From assembly GCA_029856105.1 (NCBI GenBank), contig JAHQWH010000016.1, positions 1 to 61,892 of the forward strand: 61,892 bases of DNA. Direction: 5' to 3'. A model generated the notes under the pieces. That model was not told the origin of the DNA, did no database searches, and saw only the letters and a list, made by a program, of their open reading frames with translations. Shown in pieces: positions 9,697 through 18,177 of this stretch (the first letter of the stretch is position 1; the number at the start of each line of letters is the position of its first letter). The stretch is from Promethearchaeia archaeon. GTDB taxonomy: Archaea; Asgardarchaeota; Lokiarchaeia; Sigyniarchaeales; SOKP01. Both the position numbers and the translations under genes were made by a program.

Positions 9697-10255
9697 ATGA
9701 GTAAAACAAACAAAATCATTGTTAAGGCCCTTGTGACTGGAGGGAGAGAAAATTTATATTTTATAACTTTTCCCCTAATGCTTCAGGAGGGCCACCTATC
9801 GGCCCCGCTGTAGGTCCTACTGGCATAAAATGGAAATTGAATCGATTTCCTATGCAAACATCAAGGACGTAGTGGACGCCGTTAACGAAAGGACCATGCT
9901 TTTTAAGGGTTTAACGGTACCCATTAGAATCGAATGCGATCCTGCGACAAAACAGTTTGAGATATTCGTAGAGACGCCAAGTACAGCTTCACTACTTTTA
10001 AAAGAATTAGGAGCTGAAAAAGGGAGTTCGAATAGTTCTGAGGAGAAAATTGGAGATTTAACTCTTGAACAGGTAGTTAATGTTGCTACCGCTAAAAAGG
10101 ACATCTTTTTAGATAAAACCTTCAAAACTGCTGTAAAGACCGTAATTGGGACGGTTTTGTCAATTGGAGCCACAATAGAAGGTGAGGACCCGCGAGTAAT
10201 TCAGAAAAAGATTGAAAATGGAGAATATGCCGACATGATAAAGGGGGAGATGTAA
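9697..10255 (+). CDS. rpl11: 50S ribosomal protein uL11, split by two BHB introns; exons 9697-9746, 9779-9828 and 9858-10255
   Basis: Spliced product MSKTNKIIVKALVTGGSASGGPPIGPAVGPTGINIKDVVDAVNERT..., 165 aa; first gene of the L11-L1-L10-L12 operon. Confidence 0.93.
9747..9778 (+). other. putative mRNA intron 1 of rpl11 (32 nt, relaxed BHB)
   Basis: Central helix AGGG/CCCT, bulges AGA and AAT, inner stem GAAAA/TTTTC; removal restores frame. Confidence 0.88.
9829..9857 (+). other. putative mRNA intron 2 of rpl11 (29 nt, BHB)
   Basis: Central helix GCAT/ATGC, bulges AAA and AAA, inner stem GGAAAT/ATTTCC, exon stems TG/CA and GTCCT/AGGAC. Confidence 0.9.
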
Positions 10256-10258
10256 AAA

Positions 10259-10987
10259 ATGAAAATTGATGATAAGCTATTAAAAAAATCGTTAGATGCT
10301 GCAATTGAACATTCGACTATTAAAAAGGAAGGCTTTAAAGATAAAATCAGGAAATTTGACGAATCAATTGACCTCATTATGAATTTGAAAGACATTAACC
10401 TCAAAGATCCTAAACAGAGGATCGATAAGGAAATAATACTACCTAATAACATAATAACTAAAGATAGGCCTAGCATCTGCGTAATTGCATCAGACGAGAT
10501 ACTTCTTGAAGCTAAGAATCTTGGACTTGAAACGATGGATAAAGACGGTTTAATCAAACTAAATAACGAAGAAAAAAAGTATAAGAAAAAATTTGTAAAG
10601 AAATACAATTTCTTCGTAGTAGAAGACAAAATGATGCCAAATGTAGCTCGATATTTAGCGAGATTCCTTGGACCACTAGGTAAAATGCCGAAACCTTTCC
10701 CTAGCGGATATGGGATTATTTCCAATCCGAACGATTTAAACGTGGCAATTGAGAGATATTTAAAAGTTATTCGAATTCAATTAAAGAAGCAACCACTTAT
10801 TCAAGTGAAAGTAGGAAAAAAATCTATGGACAAGGATAAAATCTTTGAAAACATGAAAGCTATCGTTGAGTATATTGCTGATCAGATGCCTCATAAATAT
10901 AACAACATTAAATCTATATTTTTAAAAACTACAATGGGACATCCAATAAAAATTGATGAACAGTTTTTGAAGGGTATAGAGGTGTAA
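10259..10987 (+). CDS. rpl1: 50S ribosomal protein uL1
   Basis: RKFDESIDL, LGPLGKMPKP and KTTMG motifs; operon position. Confidence 0.95.
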   Translation: MKIDDKLLKKSLDAAIEHSTIKKEGFKDKIRKFDESIDLIMNLKDINLKDPKQRIDKEIILPNNIITKDRPSICVIASDEILLEAKNLGLETMDKDGLIKLNNEEKKYKKKFVKKYNFFVVEDKMMPNVARYLARFLGPLGKMPKPFPSGYGIISNPNDLNVAIERYLKVIRIQLKKQPLIQVKVGKKSMDKDKIFENMKAIVEYIADQMPHKYNNIKSIFLKTTMGHPIKIDEQFLKGIEV

Positions 10988-10991
10988 AAAA

Positions 10992-11957
10992 GTGATCAGA
11001 AAAAAAGAAATACATCAATGGAAATTGGATGAAGTCGTTCATTTAGTTGATTTGTTTAAAAACTATAAAACTGTTGCTGTAATAGAAGTTGCGAGATTAA
11101 ACGACAAACAAATTCAAGAGATGCGAAAAATCTTAAGAGGGAAAGCAGTAATAAGAATGTCAAAAAAGAAGCTTCAACTAAGAGCCGTAGAACAGTATAA
11201 AAACGAGTCTAAAAAAAAAAACTTAGAAGAACTCGCCGAAAAAATTCCAGGACAATCCGCATTATGTTTTATCAACATAGATATCTTTGAATTAATGAAA
11301 ATATTTAATGAAAATGAATGGATGGTCTCTGCTAAACCTAACGAGATAACACCAGTAGATATTTGGGTTACTGAGGGGGACACAGGATTGCCCACGGGAC
11401 AAGTTATCAGTGAATTGAACATGACGCTCCGACTTCCAACTAAAATCCAGAACGATACGATTTGGGTTAGAGAAGATACGCGAACGCACTCAGCGGGAGA
11501 TTACGTTGATGTAAAACAGGCAGCAGTCTTAAAGAAGTTAGGTGTAGCTCCAATTAAATCGCTTATTAAAATTTTTTACGCGTGGAGCGACGGTGAAATC
11601 ATTCCTGAGGAAATTCTATATATGGATATGGAACAATTCCAACAAGAGCTTGCATCTGCCTACTTCGGCGCACGAAGCTTAGCTTTAGAACTAGGTATTG
11701 TCGATAACGAAACGATTGAACCATTAATCCAAAAAGCACACCGAGAGGCTCTTGGAATCCTTTTTGAATTACCTGTTTATTTTGACGATATGAGGGATGA
11801 ATATATCCGAAAAGCCGTATCAAATGCTAGCACTATTAAGGCTATAGTACTTGGAGAAGACCTTCAGATTCCAACTAAGAAAGAAGAAGACAAAAAAGAA
11901 AAACCTGAAGAAGATGAGGAAGAAGAAGTTGGAATTGGAGGCTTATTTGGTAATTAA
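10992..11957 (+). CDS. rpl10: 50S ribosomal protein uL10/P0 (GTG start)
   Basis: QIQEMRKILRG and GDTGLPTG motifs; acidic tail ending GIGGLFG. Confidence 0.95.
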   Translation: MIRKKEIHQWKLDEVVHLVDLFKNYKTVAVIEVARLNDKQIQEMRKILRGKAVIRMSKKKLQLRAVEQYKNESKKKNLEELAEKIPGQSALCFINIDIFELMKIFNENEWMVSAKPNEITPVDIWVTEGDTGLPTGQVISELNMTLRLPTKIQNDTIWVREDTRTHSAGDYVDVKQAAVLKKLGVAPIKSLIKIFYAWSDGEIIPEEILYMDMEQFQQELASAYFGARSLALELGIVDNETIEPLIQKAHREALGILFELPVYFDDMRDEYIRKAVSNASTIKAIVLGEDLQIPTKKEEDKKEKPEEDEEEEVGIGGLFGN

Positions 11958-12031
11958 ATTAATTTTTTTAAATAAAATAAATAACCACAAATTTTAATTA
12001 TAATTGGATAAAAAAAAAGAGGTATAAAAAG

Positions 12032-12331
12032 ATGGAATCAATATATGCTGCGTTACTGCTTAATAAAGCAAATAAAAAGATTACAGAAGCAAACATCGAA
12101 AAAATCTTAAAAGCTGTAGATGTAACTGTTGACAAAGCTCAACTTACAAAAGTAGTAGCAGGGCTTAAGGAGGCTGACATTGAAACAATAATCAGTTCTG
12201 CCGCCGCAGCTCCAGTGATGGCTGCTCCGGTTGCTTCTTCAGCGTCTGCAAAAGCAGCCCCCAAGAAAAAGAAGGAAGAAAAGGAAGAAGAAGTTGAGGA
12301 AGAACCTACGGGAATTGGCTCGTTATTTTAA
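12032..12331 (+). CDS. rpl12: ribosomal stalk protein P1/P2 (archaeal L12)
   Basis: MESIYAALLL, Ala-rich hinge, acidic tail ending GIGSLF. Confidence 0.95.
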   Translation: MESIYAALLLNKANKKITEANIEKILKAVDVTVDKAQLTKVVAGLKEADIETIISSAAAAPVMAAPVASSASAKAAPKKKKEEKEEEVEEEPTGIGSLF

Positions 12332-12580
12332 ACGGGTTAAGACTCTTCAGCAAAACAAAGCAAAAATTATTTCAAAATTTTTTTAAATTATTTTTTTCTA
12401 CTATTTTTTAAACAATAATGTTTTCGAATTGTAAAGAAACAAAATATCTGCTTAAGTGAACTTATTAAATCAAAAAGTTTTTTTTAAATTCATTTTTTTT
12501 TAAGTTACATTTCTCAATTGAGAAACTTTTATTTTAATAAAAAAGGATTATAGTCACTAAAAGTTTTGTGTTGATAAACT

Positions 12581-14035
12581 ATGGCCGGAAAATTCCTCAA
12601 GTTCTTCTCTCCTTTTGTACGGGTAATGCCTGAACTCAAGCAGCCCCAGAGAGAGGTAAGTTTCAAAGAAAAGTTAATGTGGACAGGGCTTGCACTAATA
12701 ATCTATTTAATAATGTCAAATATTCCGCTTTATGGTGTAAATGCTGCCGCTACCACAGATTATTATTATTGGTTAAGAGTTATTTTAGCAAGTCAGAGAG
12801 GTACGCTTACAGAATTAGGTATAGGACCAATAGTAACGGCAGGATTAATAATGCAATTACTCTTAGGTTCCAAAATCATAAAAGTTGACATGAGCGATCC
12901 ATACGATAGGGCTATGTTTAGTGGTTCTCAAAAAGTATTCGCAATGTTTTTGACTGTGTTCAATATCGTCGCATATATAATCGGAGGTGCTTTTGGACCG
13001 TTAACCATTCAAAGTGGAACGTTTATCTTTTTGCAATTACTTTTTTCTGGAGTCATCATTATCTTACTTGATGAGTTACTACAAAAAGGTTGGGGAATTG
13101 GAAGCGGAGTCTCCTTGTTTATTGCTACTGGTGTTGCGGGACAAATATTTTGGAATTTATTTAGTTTTGTTGAAGTAAGTGTTAATGATGGTGCAAGAGG
13201 AATTGTTGTTGCTTTCTTTCAATCTTTGACGAATCCTAATATAAATACAGCTGAATTGTTTTGGAGGCACGACGCATTACCTTCTCTTTTTGGAGGAATT
13301 ACAACTTTAGCCATATTCCTAGTAGTTATTTGGTTCGAGTCTACTAGAGTCGAAATCCCGTTAGCCTATAAGGGATATAGAGGTTTTAAGGGGAAATATC
13401 CGATGAAGTTACTGTATGTTTCAAATATCCCCGTTATTTTAGTTAACGCCCTATACGCCAACTTTCTATTTTTTGGACAAATTATTGCTGGACCTAATTC
13501 TGGTTTTAGAAATGCCGATACTATATGGTTCCTTGATTTAATAGGCCAATTCGAAAATGTTTCAGGGGGAGGGGCTGGTGATTATTTAGTCCCCCTACCA
13601 GGGTGTTTACTTTATTACCTTACACCTCCTCAAGGATTGCTGCAATTAGTAGCTGACCCCTTTAGAGCAATAATATATCTAATAATATTTATATTTCTGT
13701 GTATCATGCTCGGCCGTGTTTGGGTCGACGTCTCAGGGCTTGCCCCGCGCGATATCGCCCAACAAATATTAGATTCTGGGATGCAAATTCCCGGATTTCG
13801 AAGTTCAGATAAAATCATTGAGAGAATATTAAAACGATACATCCCAACACTAATAATTTTAAACGGTATAATAATCGCAGTAATGAGTTTCTTCGCCGAT
13901 TCTCTAGGTGCATTGACTTCAGGCACGGGACTCTTGATAGCTATAGGCATCGTCCATCAATATAGCGAGTCTATCGCTAAGGAAATGGCAGCACAACAAT
14001 ATCCGGGCATGCGTGCGTTCTTAGGTATGGATTGA
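12581..14035 (+). CDS. secY: protein translocase SecY/Sec61alpha
   Basis: GTLTELGIGPIVTAG, GWGIGSGVSLFIA and YPMKLLYVSNIPVI motifs. Confidence 0.97.
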   Translation: MAGKFLKFFSPFVRVMPELKQPQREVSFKEKLMWTGLALIIYLIMSNIPLYGVNAAATTDYYYWLRVILASQRGTLTELGIGPIVTAGLIMQLLLGSKIIKVDMSDPYDRAMFSGSQKVFAMFLTVFNIVAYIIGGAFGPLTIQSGTFIFLQLLFSGVIIILLDELLQKGWGIGSGVSLFIATGVAGQIFWNLFSFVEVSVNDGARGIVVAFFQSLTNPNINTAELFWRHDALPSLFGGITTLAIFLVVIWFESTRVEIPLAYKGYRGFKGKYPMKLLYVSNIPVILVNALYANFLFFGQIIAGPNSGFRNADTIWFLDLIGQFENVSGGGAGDYLVPLPGCLLYYLTPPQGLLQLVADPFRAIIYLIIFIFLCIMLGRVWVDVSGLAPRDIAQQILDSGMQIPGFRSSDKIIERILKRYIPTLIILNGIIIAVMSFFADSLGALTSGTGLLIAIGIVHQYSESIAKEMAAQQYPGMRAFLGMD

Positions 14036-14132
14036 TGAGAATCTTATCCAAAAGAAATGGCAACATATTTTTTTAATAAAAAATTTTAATCTGAAAAGTT
14101 TAAAAAATTACTAAGATTACTTCATTATAATC

Positions 14133-14807
14133 ATGCTTTTATTAATTGCTCAAGAATCAAATGCTTTTTTAGATTGGATTAGCTTCCCGCCTGGGTCCAT
14201 GATATTTATATTATTAATGGCTTCTATTACATCATTAATTAGTGTTGGACTAACCAGATGGTTAATTGATACTGATGAAATTAATCGAAAACAAGTTATA
14301 TCAAAGGCTCACGACGAAGAAAAAGCGAAAATTATTGAATTAGCTGAAACGGACCCAGAAAAATATAACAAGTTAAGAAAAAGGTGGGAACGATTGGATT
14401 CGATGTTAAAACAATCACAGCAGAAAATGGCTTTGAGACGTATGTTGCCCAGTTGCATAACATTCGTTCCAATGATAGTCCTATTTACATTAGTAAGAGG
14501 AATATTCGGGAACAACCCCGTTGCGTTGTCTCCAATGAATGCTAACGATGTAGCGCTCATAGGGAACATGATGGCGGCTACTACGGGTTCTACAGTATAT
14601 TCATGGACCGCCCTTGTGTATGGCGTTGGTAGAACTCTTGGATTAGAAGCTGGTTGGATAAATTTTACTGCTTGGTATTTTCTATGTAGCTTTGGTGTGA
14701 ACACGCTTGTTCAGAGAATTTTTAAATTACAAACACAAGCATCGGGAGGAATGGGGCAGATGATGGGTGGTGGGAAAGCTAAATCTTTGGAATTTCCTAA
14801 AGTTTAA
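14133..14807 (+). CDS. DUF106 / EMC3-TMCO1 (Oxa1 superfamily) membrane insertase
   Basis: TM, coiled coil, TM architecture with WYFLCS motif; follows secY. Confidence 0.85.
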   Translation: MLLLIAQESNAFLDWISFPPGSMIFILLMASITSLISVGLTRWLIDTDEINRKQVISKAHDEEKAKIIELAETDPEKYNKLRKRWERLDSMLKQSQQKMALRRMLPSCITFVPMIVLFTLVRGIFGNNPVALSPMNANDVALIGNMMAATTGSTVYSWTALVYGVGRTLGLEAGWINFTAWYFLCSFGVNTLVQRIFKLQTQASGGMGQMMGGGKAKSLEFPKV

Positions 14808-14864
14808 ATTAATAAAAGATAATTTTTGATTCTATTACTTTCCTTATTTCTATAAGTAATAAAG

Positions 14865-14967
14865 CGCAGACAGAGGGATTCGAACCCTCGGATGCTTTCA
14901 CACACCGGCTTTCTGGGACCGTTTTTCCGCTCCAAGCCGGCGCCGTACCAGGCTAGGCAATGTCTGC
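14865..14967 (-). tRNA. tRNA-Ser(GGA) with a 19-nt canonical 37/38 intron (14911-14929)
   Basis: Acceptor GCAGACA/TGTCTGC, anticodon stem CCGGC/GCCGG, long variable arm, TTCGAAT T-loop, discriminator G. Confidence 0.9.
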
Positions 14968-15048
14968 AAAAAAAAATTAGCGCTAACGGCGCACAATGGC
15001 GACGCTCAGCAATATTTCTACTTGTATGGATTTTTAGAAGTTAAATAA

Positions 15049-15321
15049 TTATTTTGTAGGAATGGAAACTGTCTCTTTCATTTTTTTTTCTAATTTTGCT
15101 TTTTTAATAGCAGTTTCAACGTTCTCATGTGAAGCACCTTTTTTGATTTCAATCGTGTCTGCTATCGGTTCTATATGTCGGTAATTAACCCTTCTTCGGC
15201 GAATTCCCAAACCATCAACTAAAATATAATTTTTATCGATGATATCGACGACAACGCAATATTTTCCCGCTTCCCTTCCCATAGTTTTGACGCAAACGCG
15301 TCCTATGTCATATACACTCAT
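15049..15321 (-). CDS. rpl14e: 50S ribosomal protein eL14
   Basis: IGRVCVKTMGREAGKYCVVVDIID. Confidence 0.95.
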   Translation of the reverse strand: MSVYDIGRVCVKTMGREAGKYCVVVDIIDKNYILVDGLGIRRRRVNYRHIEPIADTIEIKKGASHENVETAIKKAKLEKKMKETVSIPTK

Positions 15322-15457
15322 TTAATTCGTCACCAAATTAATTTTAATAAATTTATCATCACTGAATTTTTTAATTTTCAGAAAAGATAAACGATCTATC
15401 GTAAATTAAGGAATAATTTCAATTATAAATTTTTTATGATTTTTACGAAGAAAAAGT

Positions 15458-16009
15458 TTAACTAAAATTTTTTAACTCAGATAGGATTTTCTCTAACACT
15501 TCTTCAATAGAAAAATTTTCTGTGTTAATAATTAAATCAAAAAGTTCGTTAATCGAATTCTTATCGCTTAAATCAATGTCATAGAGTTTTTTAAAGCGTT
15601 CCAATTCAGATTTTTCCCTTAAAGTTGTTTCTTTTAATTTCTCTTCGAAAGATGTTTTTTCTCTCTCTGACATTCTTTTAACACGTAATTCTAACGGACA
15701 AGTTAGGTGTATTCTAAAATCTGCTATGGATTTGAGAATATATCCGCTTAATTGGCTATCAATAATAATATTACCCTTCTTTGCCATGTTAACGACTTTA
15801 TTATCTAATTCATTGTCAATATCAGGATGAACTTCGACATAATTCGTATATTCTTCTAAAGACATGTTCTTTTCTTTTGCAAGATCTCGAAACGCTTGTC
15901 CCGTTGAATAGTAGACTATCCCGAGGCGTTCTGCCAGTAATCTAGCAATCGTAGATTTTCCCGTCCCATGGAGCCCAGATATCGCAATTATCATTTTTAC
16001 ATTTCTCAA
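15458..16009 (-). CDS. cmk: archaeal cytidylate kinase
   Basis: P-loop GLHGTGKST; lies between eL34 and eL14. Confidence 0.9.
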   Translation of the reverse strand: MRNVKMIIAISGLHGTGKSTIARLLAERLGIVYYSTGQAFRDLAKEKNMSLEEYTNYVEVHPDIDNELDNKVVNMAKKGNIIIDSQLSGYILKSIADFRIHLTCPLELRVKRMSEREKTSFEEKLKETTLREKSELERFKKLYDIDLSDKNSINELFDLIINTENFSIEEVLEKILSELKNFS

Positions 16010-16079
16010 AATTGAATTTAGCTATTAAAAGAAATTAAAACCAGAAAATATTTAATATTTTTGAAATTCCAAGATCGGA

Positions 16080-16355
16080 TTAACTTTCTGTTTGCCACAC
16101 AGATTCTTTTAGTAAAGTTTGCAAACATTTAGCACAGTACCTTCCGCTTTCAGGTCGATTTGCTCTTCTGGAAACCTTATTTGTTTTTTTCATTTTCGCT
16201 GGTCTTAATCTTGGTACAGCTTGAAGAGTTTTTTTGCAGATGGCACATTGAGCCTTACTAGGCTTTTTTCTCCAATAGTGAGAAACAGTCTGAGTTCCAG
16301 GAGTTTTCAGCTTTTTTCGTTTTTGAGCCTTAGATCTAAGTCCCGGTCTTGGCAA
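16080..16355 (-). CDS. rpl34e: 50S ribosomal protein eL34 (TTG start)
   Basis: PRPGLRS..KTPG, CAIC..CAKC zinc finger. Confidence 0.93.
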   Translation of the reverse strand: MPRPGLRSKAQKRKKLKTPGTQTVSHYWRKKPSKAQCAICKKTLQAVPRLRPAKMKKTNKVSRRANRPESGRYCAKCLQTLLKESVWQTES

Positions 16356-16449
16356 GATGCATTACCTTTAGTTTTCCAATTTATTCAATTTGAAGTGTTT
16401 ATTGATATGGTGTTAAAGCATGAAAACTTAATTAATTTTATTATTTTAG

Positions 16450-17076
16450 CTATTTCCCAAGATTCAATTTTTTTGCAAAATTAAGGTACAATACATACAA
16501 ATCTTCTGCTATGGAATCTCTATAATTTTTATTATTAACAATTTTTTCTTCGTTTTGTAAGACTTCTTCAAAGATTTTTTCCAATTTTATCTTGTCTAAT
16601 TCTAAACCGGGAAACCTATCAAAATTTTTCTTCAAATCTTTAAAAAGTCCAAAAGTTAGTTCGTTATTATCAAAACCATCTAATTTTAGCGCGTCTAATA
16701 GCGTTATAAAAGAAGCCGTAATTTCCGAACTAATCCCTGGAATTTCAAGAATAGAAGAACTAAGTGATTCCGAGAATTGGCTAGTAGAAAAGTTAAGAGA
16801 AGAGATTTTGTTGATAATGTCAATAGCTTTATAATAATCTTCAGTAAAATTCATGTGATTCAATAATTTCGAAAGGACTATATTGTGCTTATTTAACGAT
16901 ATGTTAAGCTCCAATAAATCGTTCGTAGCACTCTTGATCGATCTTTGAAAAAATATTTCTTTTAAAATACCTTTTTGATATTTTAGATTTAAATTAAGTA
17001 TTGTATTTACTATTGCAAATATTTCAGATTCAAGCTCAGGTTTATTTTCAATGGAGTTTTTTTTGCGATTTGTCAT
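16450..17076 (-). CDS. Vps28-like ESCRT-I subunit
   Basis: EIFAIVNT..L..KYQKG N-terminal segment and ITASFITLLDALKL, resembling the Vps28 C-terminal signature. Confidence 0.7.
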   Translation of the reverse strand: MTNRKKNSIENKPELESEIFAIVNTILNLNLKYQKGILKEIFFQRSIKSATNDLLELNISLNKHNIVLSKLLNHMNFTEDYYKAIDIINKISSLNFSTSQFSESLSSSILEIPGISSEITASFITLLDALKLDGFDNNELTFGLFKDLKKNFDRFPGLELDKIKLEKIFEEVLQNEEKIVNNKNYRDSIAEDLYVLYLNFAKKLNLGK

Positions 17077-17095
17077 TTCTCTAAAGCTAGTAATG

Positions 17096-18013
17096 CTATA
17101 TTATAAATGTAGGGCGTAAGAAATAATAAAATACTGCAATTATTATCCCAATTGCTAATGACGAGATGAACACGCGAAAAGTGGATGAGTTAGATAATTC
17201 TCTAATAGCAAGGGTTATTAATATAGGAACCCATACTGCAATCGTTAAGGCGTCAATAAGATGAAGCACCGTCCAAGTTGGGGACGCAAACATAGGATTG
17301 AGTAAATTTGGATCAAACGGAAAGAGACTAGGAAAAATAATATATGGGAAACCAATTAAAATTATTAAAATCTCAATACTATTTATTAATAAATAGGGGG
17401 CAAAAGCGCACAACATCATCTTAAATTTTGAAGCTTGTTGTTGGTGCAAAGTTCCTCCTTTATAGATGCTGAAAGGACTCATCTCAGCTTGACTGTATTT
17501 TTCTTTTCCTTCTTTTTTTTCTCCAAAACGCGCTTCTAACCTTTCTGAAAAATCGACAGCAACATTTGCGCCTTTAGTAAAAAACCATATCAATATGAAA
17601 CCAAAAATAAAATAAAACATAAATCCAAATGCAAAAAAGGCTATAAAAGCGGCTAAATCTATAAAAAACCTACCAAGGCTAAAAGGCGGTATCGTTTGAA
17701 TATTAATATGTGAAAAAAAGGCTAAACCCATGAGTCCATAAATGAGCGAATTAAATAGTAAAATTTTATATCCTGGGGCGCCTTTCCTCTTATGGTTTAT
17801 GTTCCAAAAAGCCCTATTTGGCTTAGTAAACAACCAAAGTATTGTAATATACCAAGGGGTAGGAGAAATGAATTCTTCCTCAATACGCTTAAATATAGAA
17901 AAATTTTCTATCCTTTCACTTCTAAGTCGTTTACCACAAAAAGCACACACGAACGAGTCGGTTCGATTATAGTTGCCACATCTAGGACATCTATTAGATA
18001 TGTTTGTTGACAT
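17096..18013 (-). CDS. Zn-ribbon plus Yip1-like multi-pass membrane protein
   Basis: CPRC..CAFC; LFTKPxxAF motif followed by five TM segments. Confidence 0.65.
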   Translation of the reverse strand: MSTNISNRCPRCGNYNRTDSFVCAFCGKRLRSERIENFSIFKRIEEEFISPTPWYITILWLFTKPNRAFWNINHKRKGAPGYKILLFNSLIYGLMGLAFFSHINIQTIPPFSLGRFFIDLAAFIAFFAFGFMFYFIFGFILIWFFTKGANVAVDFSERLEARFGEKKEGKEKYSQAEMSPFSIYKGGTLHQQQASKFKMMLCAFAPYLLINSIEILIILIGFPYIIFPSLFPFDPNLLNPMFASPTWTVLHLIDALTIAVWVPILITLAIRELSNSSTFRVFISSLAIGIIIAVFYYFLRPTFII

Positions 18014-18177
18014 GGTTATTTAGCACTTACTAATTTTTATATTTATCATATAATTGTAATCATTTAAAAATTTCTTTAAAGATAGCATTTTTTTTGAATT
18101 TAAAGGCACTAAAAAGTTAATATTAACTTAAAAATTATAGAATTTCGTAAAAGTATAAATACAGAATACAAATCTAA

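Noticed and set aside
9747-9857. rpl11 as a pseudogene or a programmed-frameshift gene
   Set aside because: The disruptions are discrete 32- and 29-nt self-folding insertions, the exons are undecayed, and BHB cut rules independently predict the frame-restoring junctions.
9830-10255. ORF-track call of a 141-aa uL11 starting MEIESISYA as the main product
   Set aside because: Those first residues come from intron 2; the conserved uL11 N-terminus is encoded upstream from ATG 9697.
16355-16362. Out-of-frame ATG 7 nt upstream of the eL34 TTG start as another micro-intron
   Set aside because: Seven nucleotides is too short for a BHB intron, and a TTG start explains the gene.
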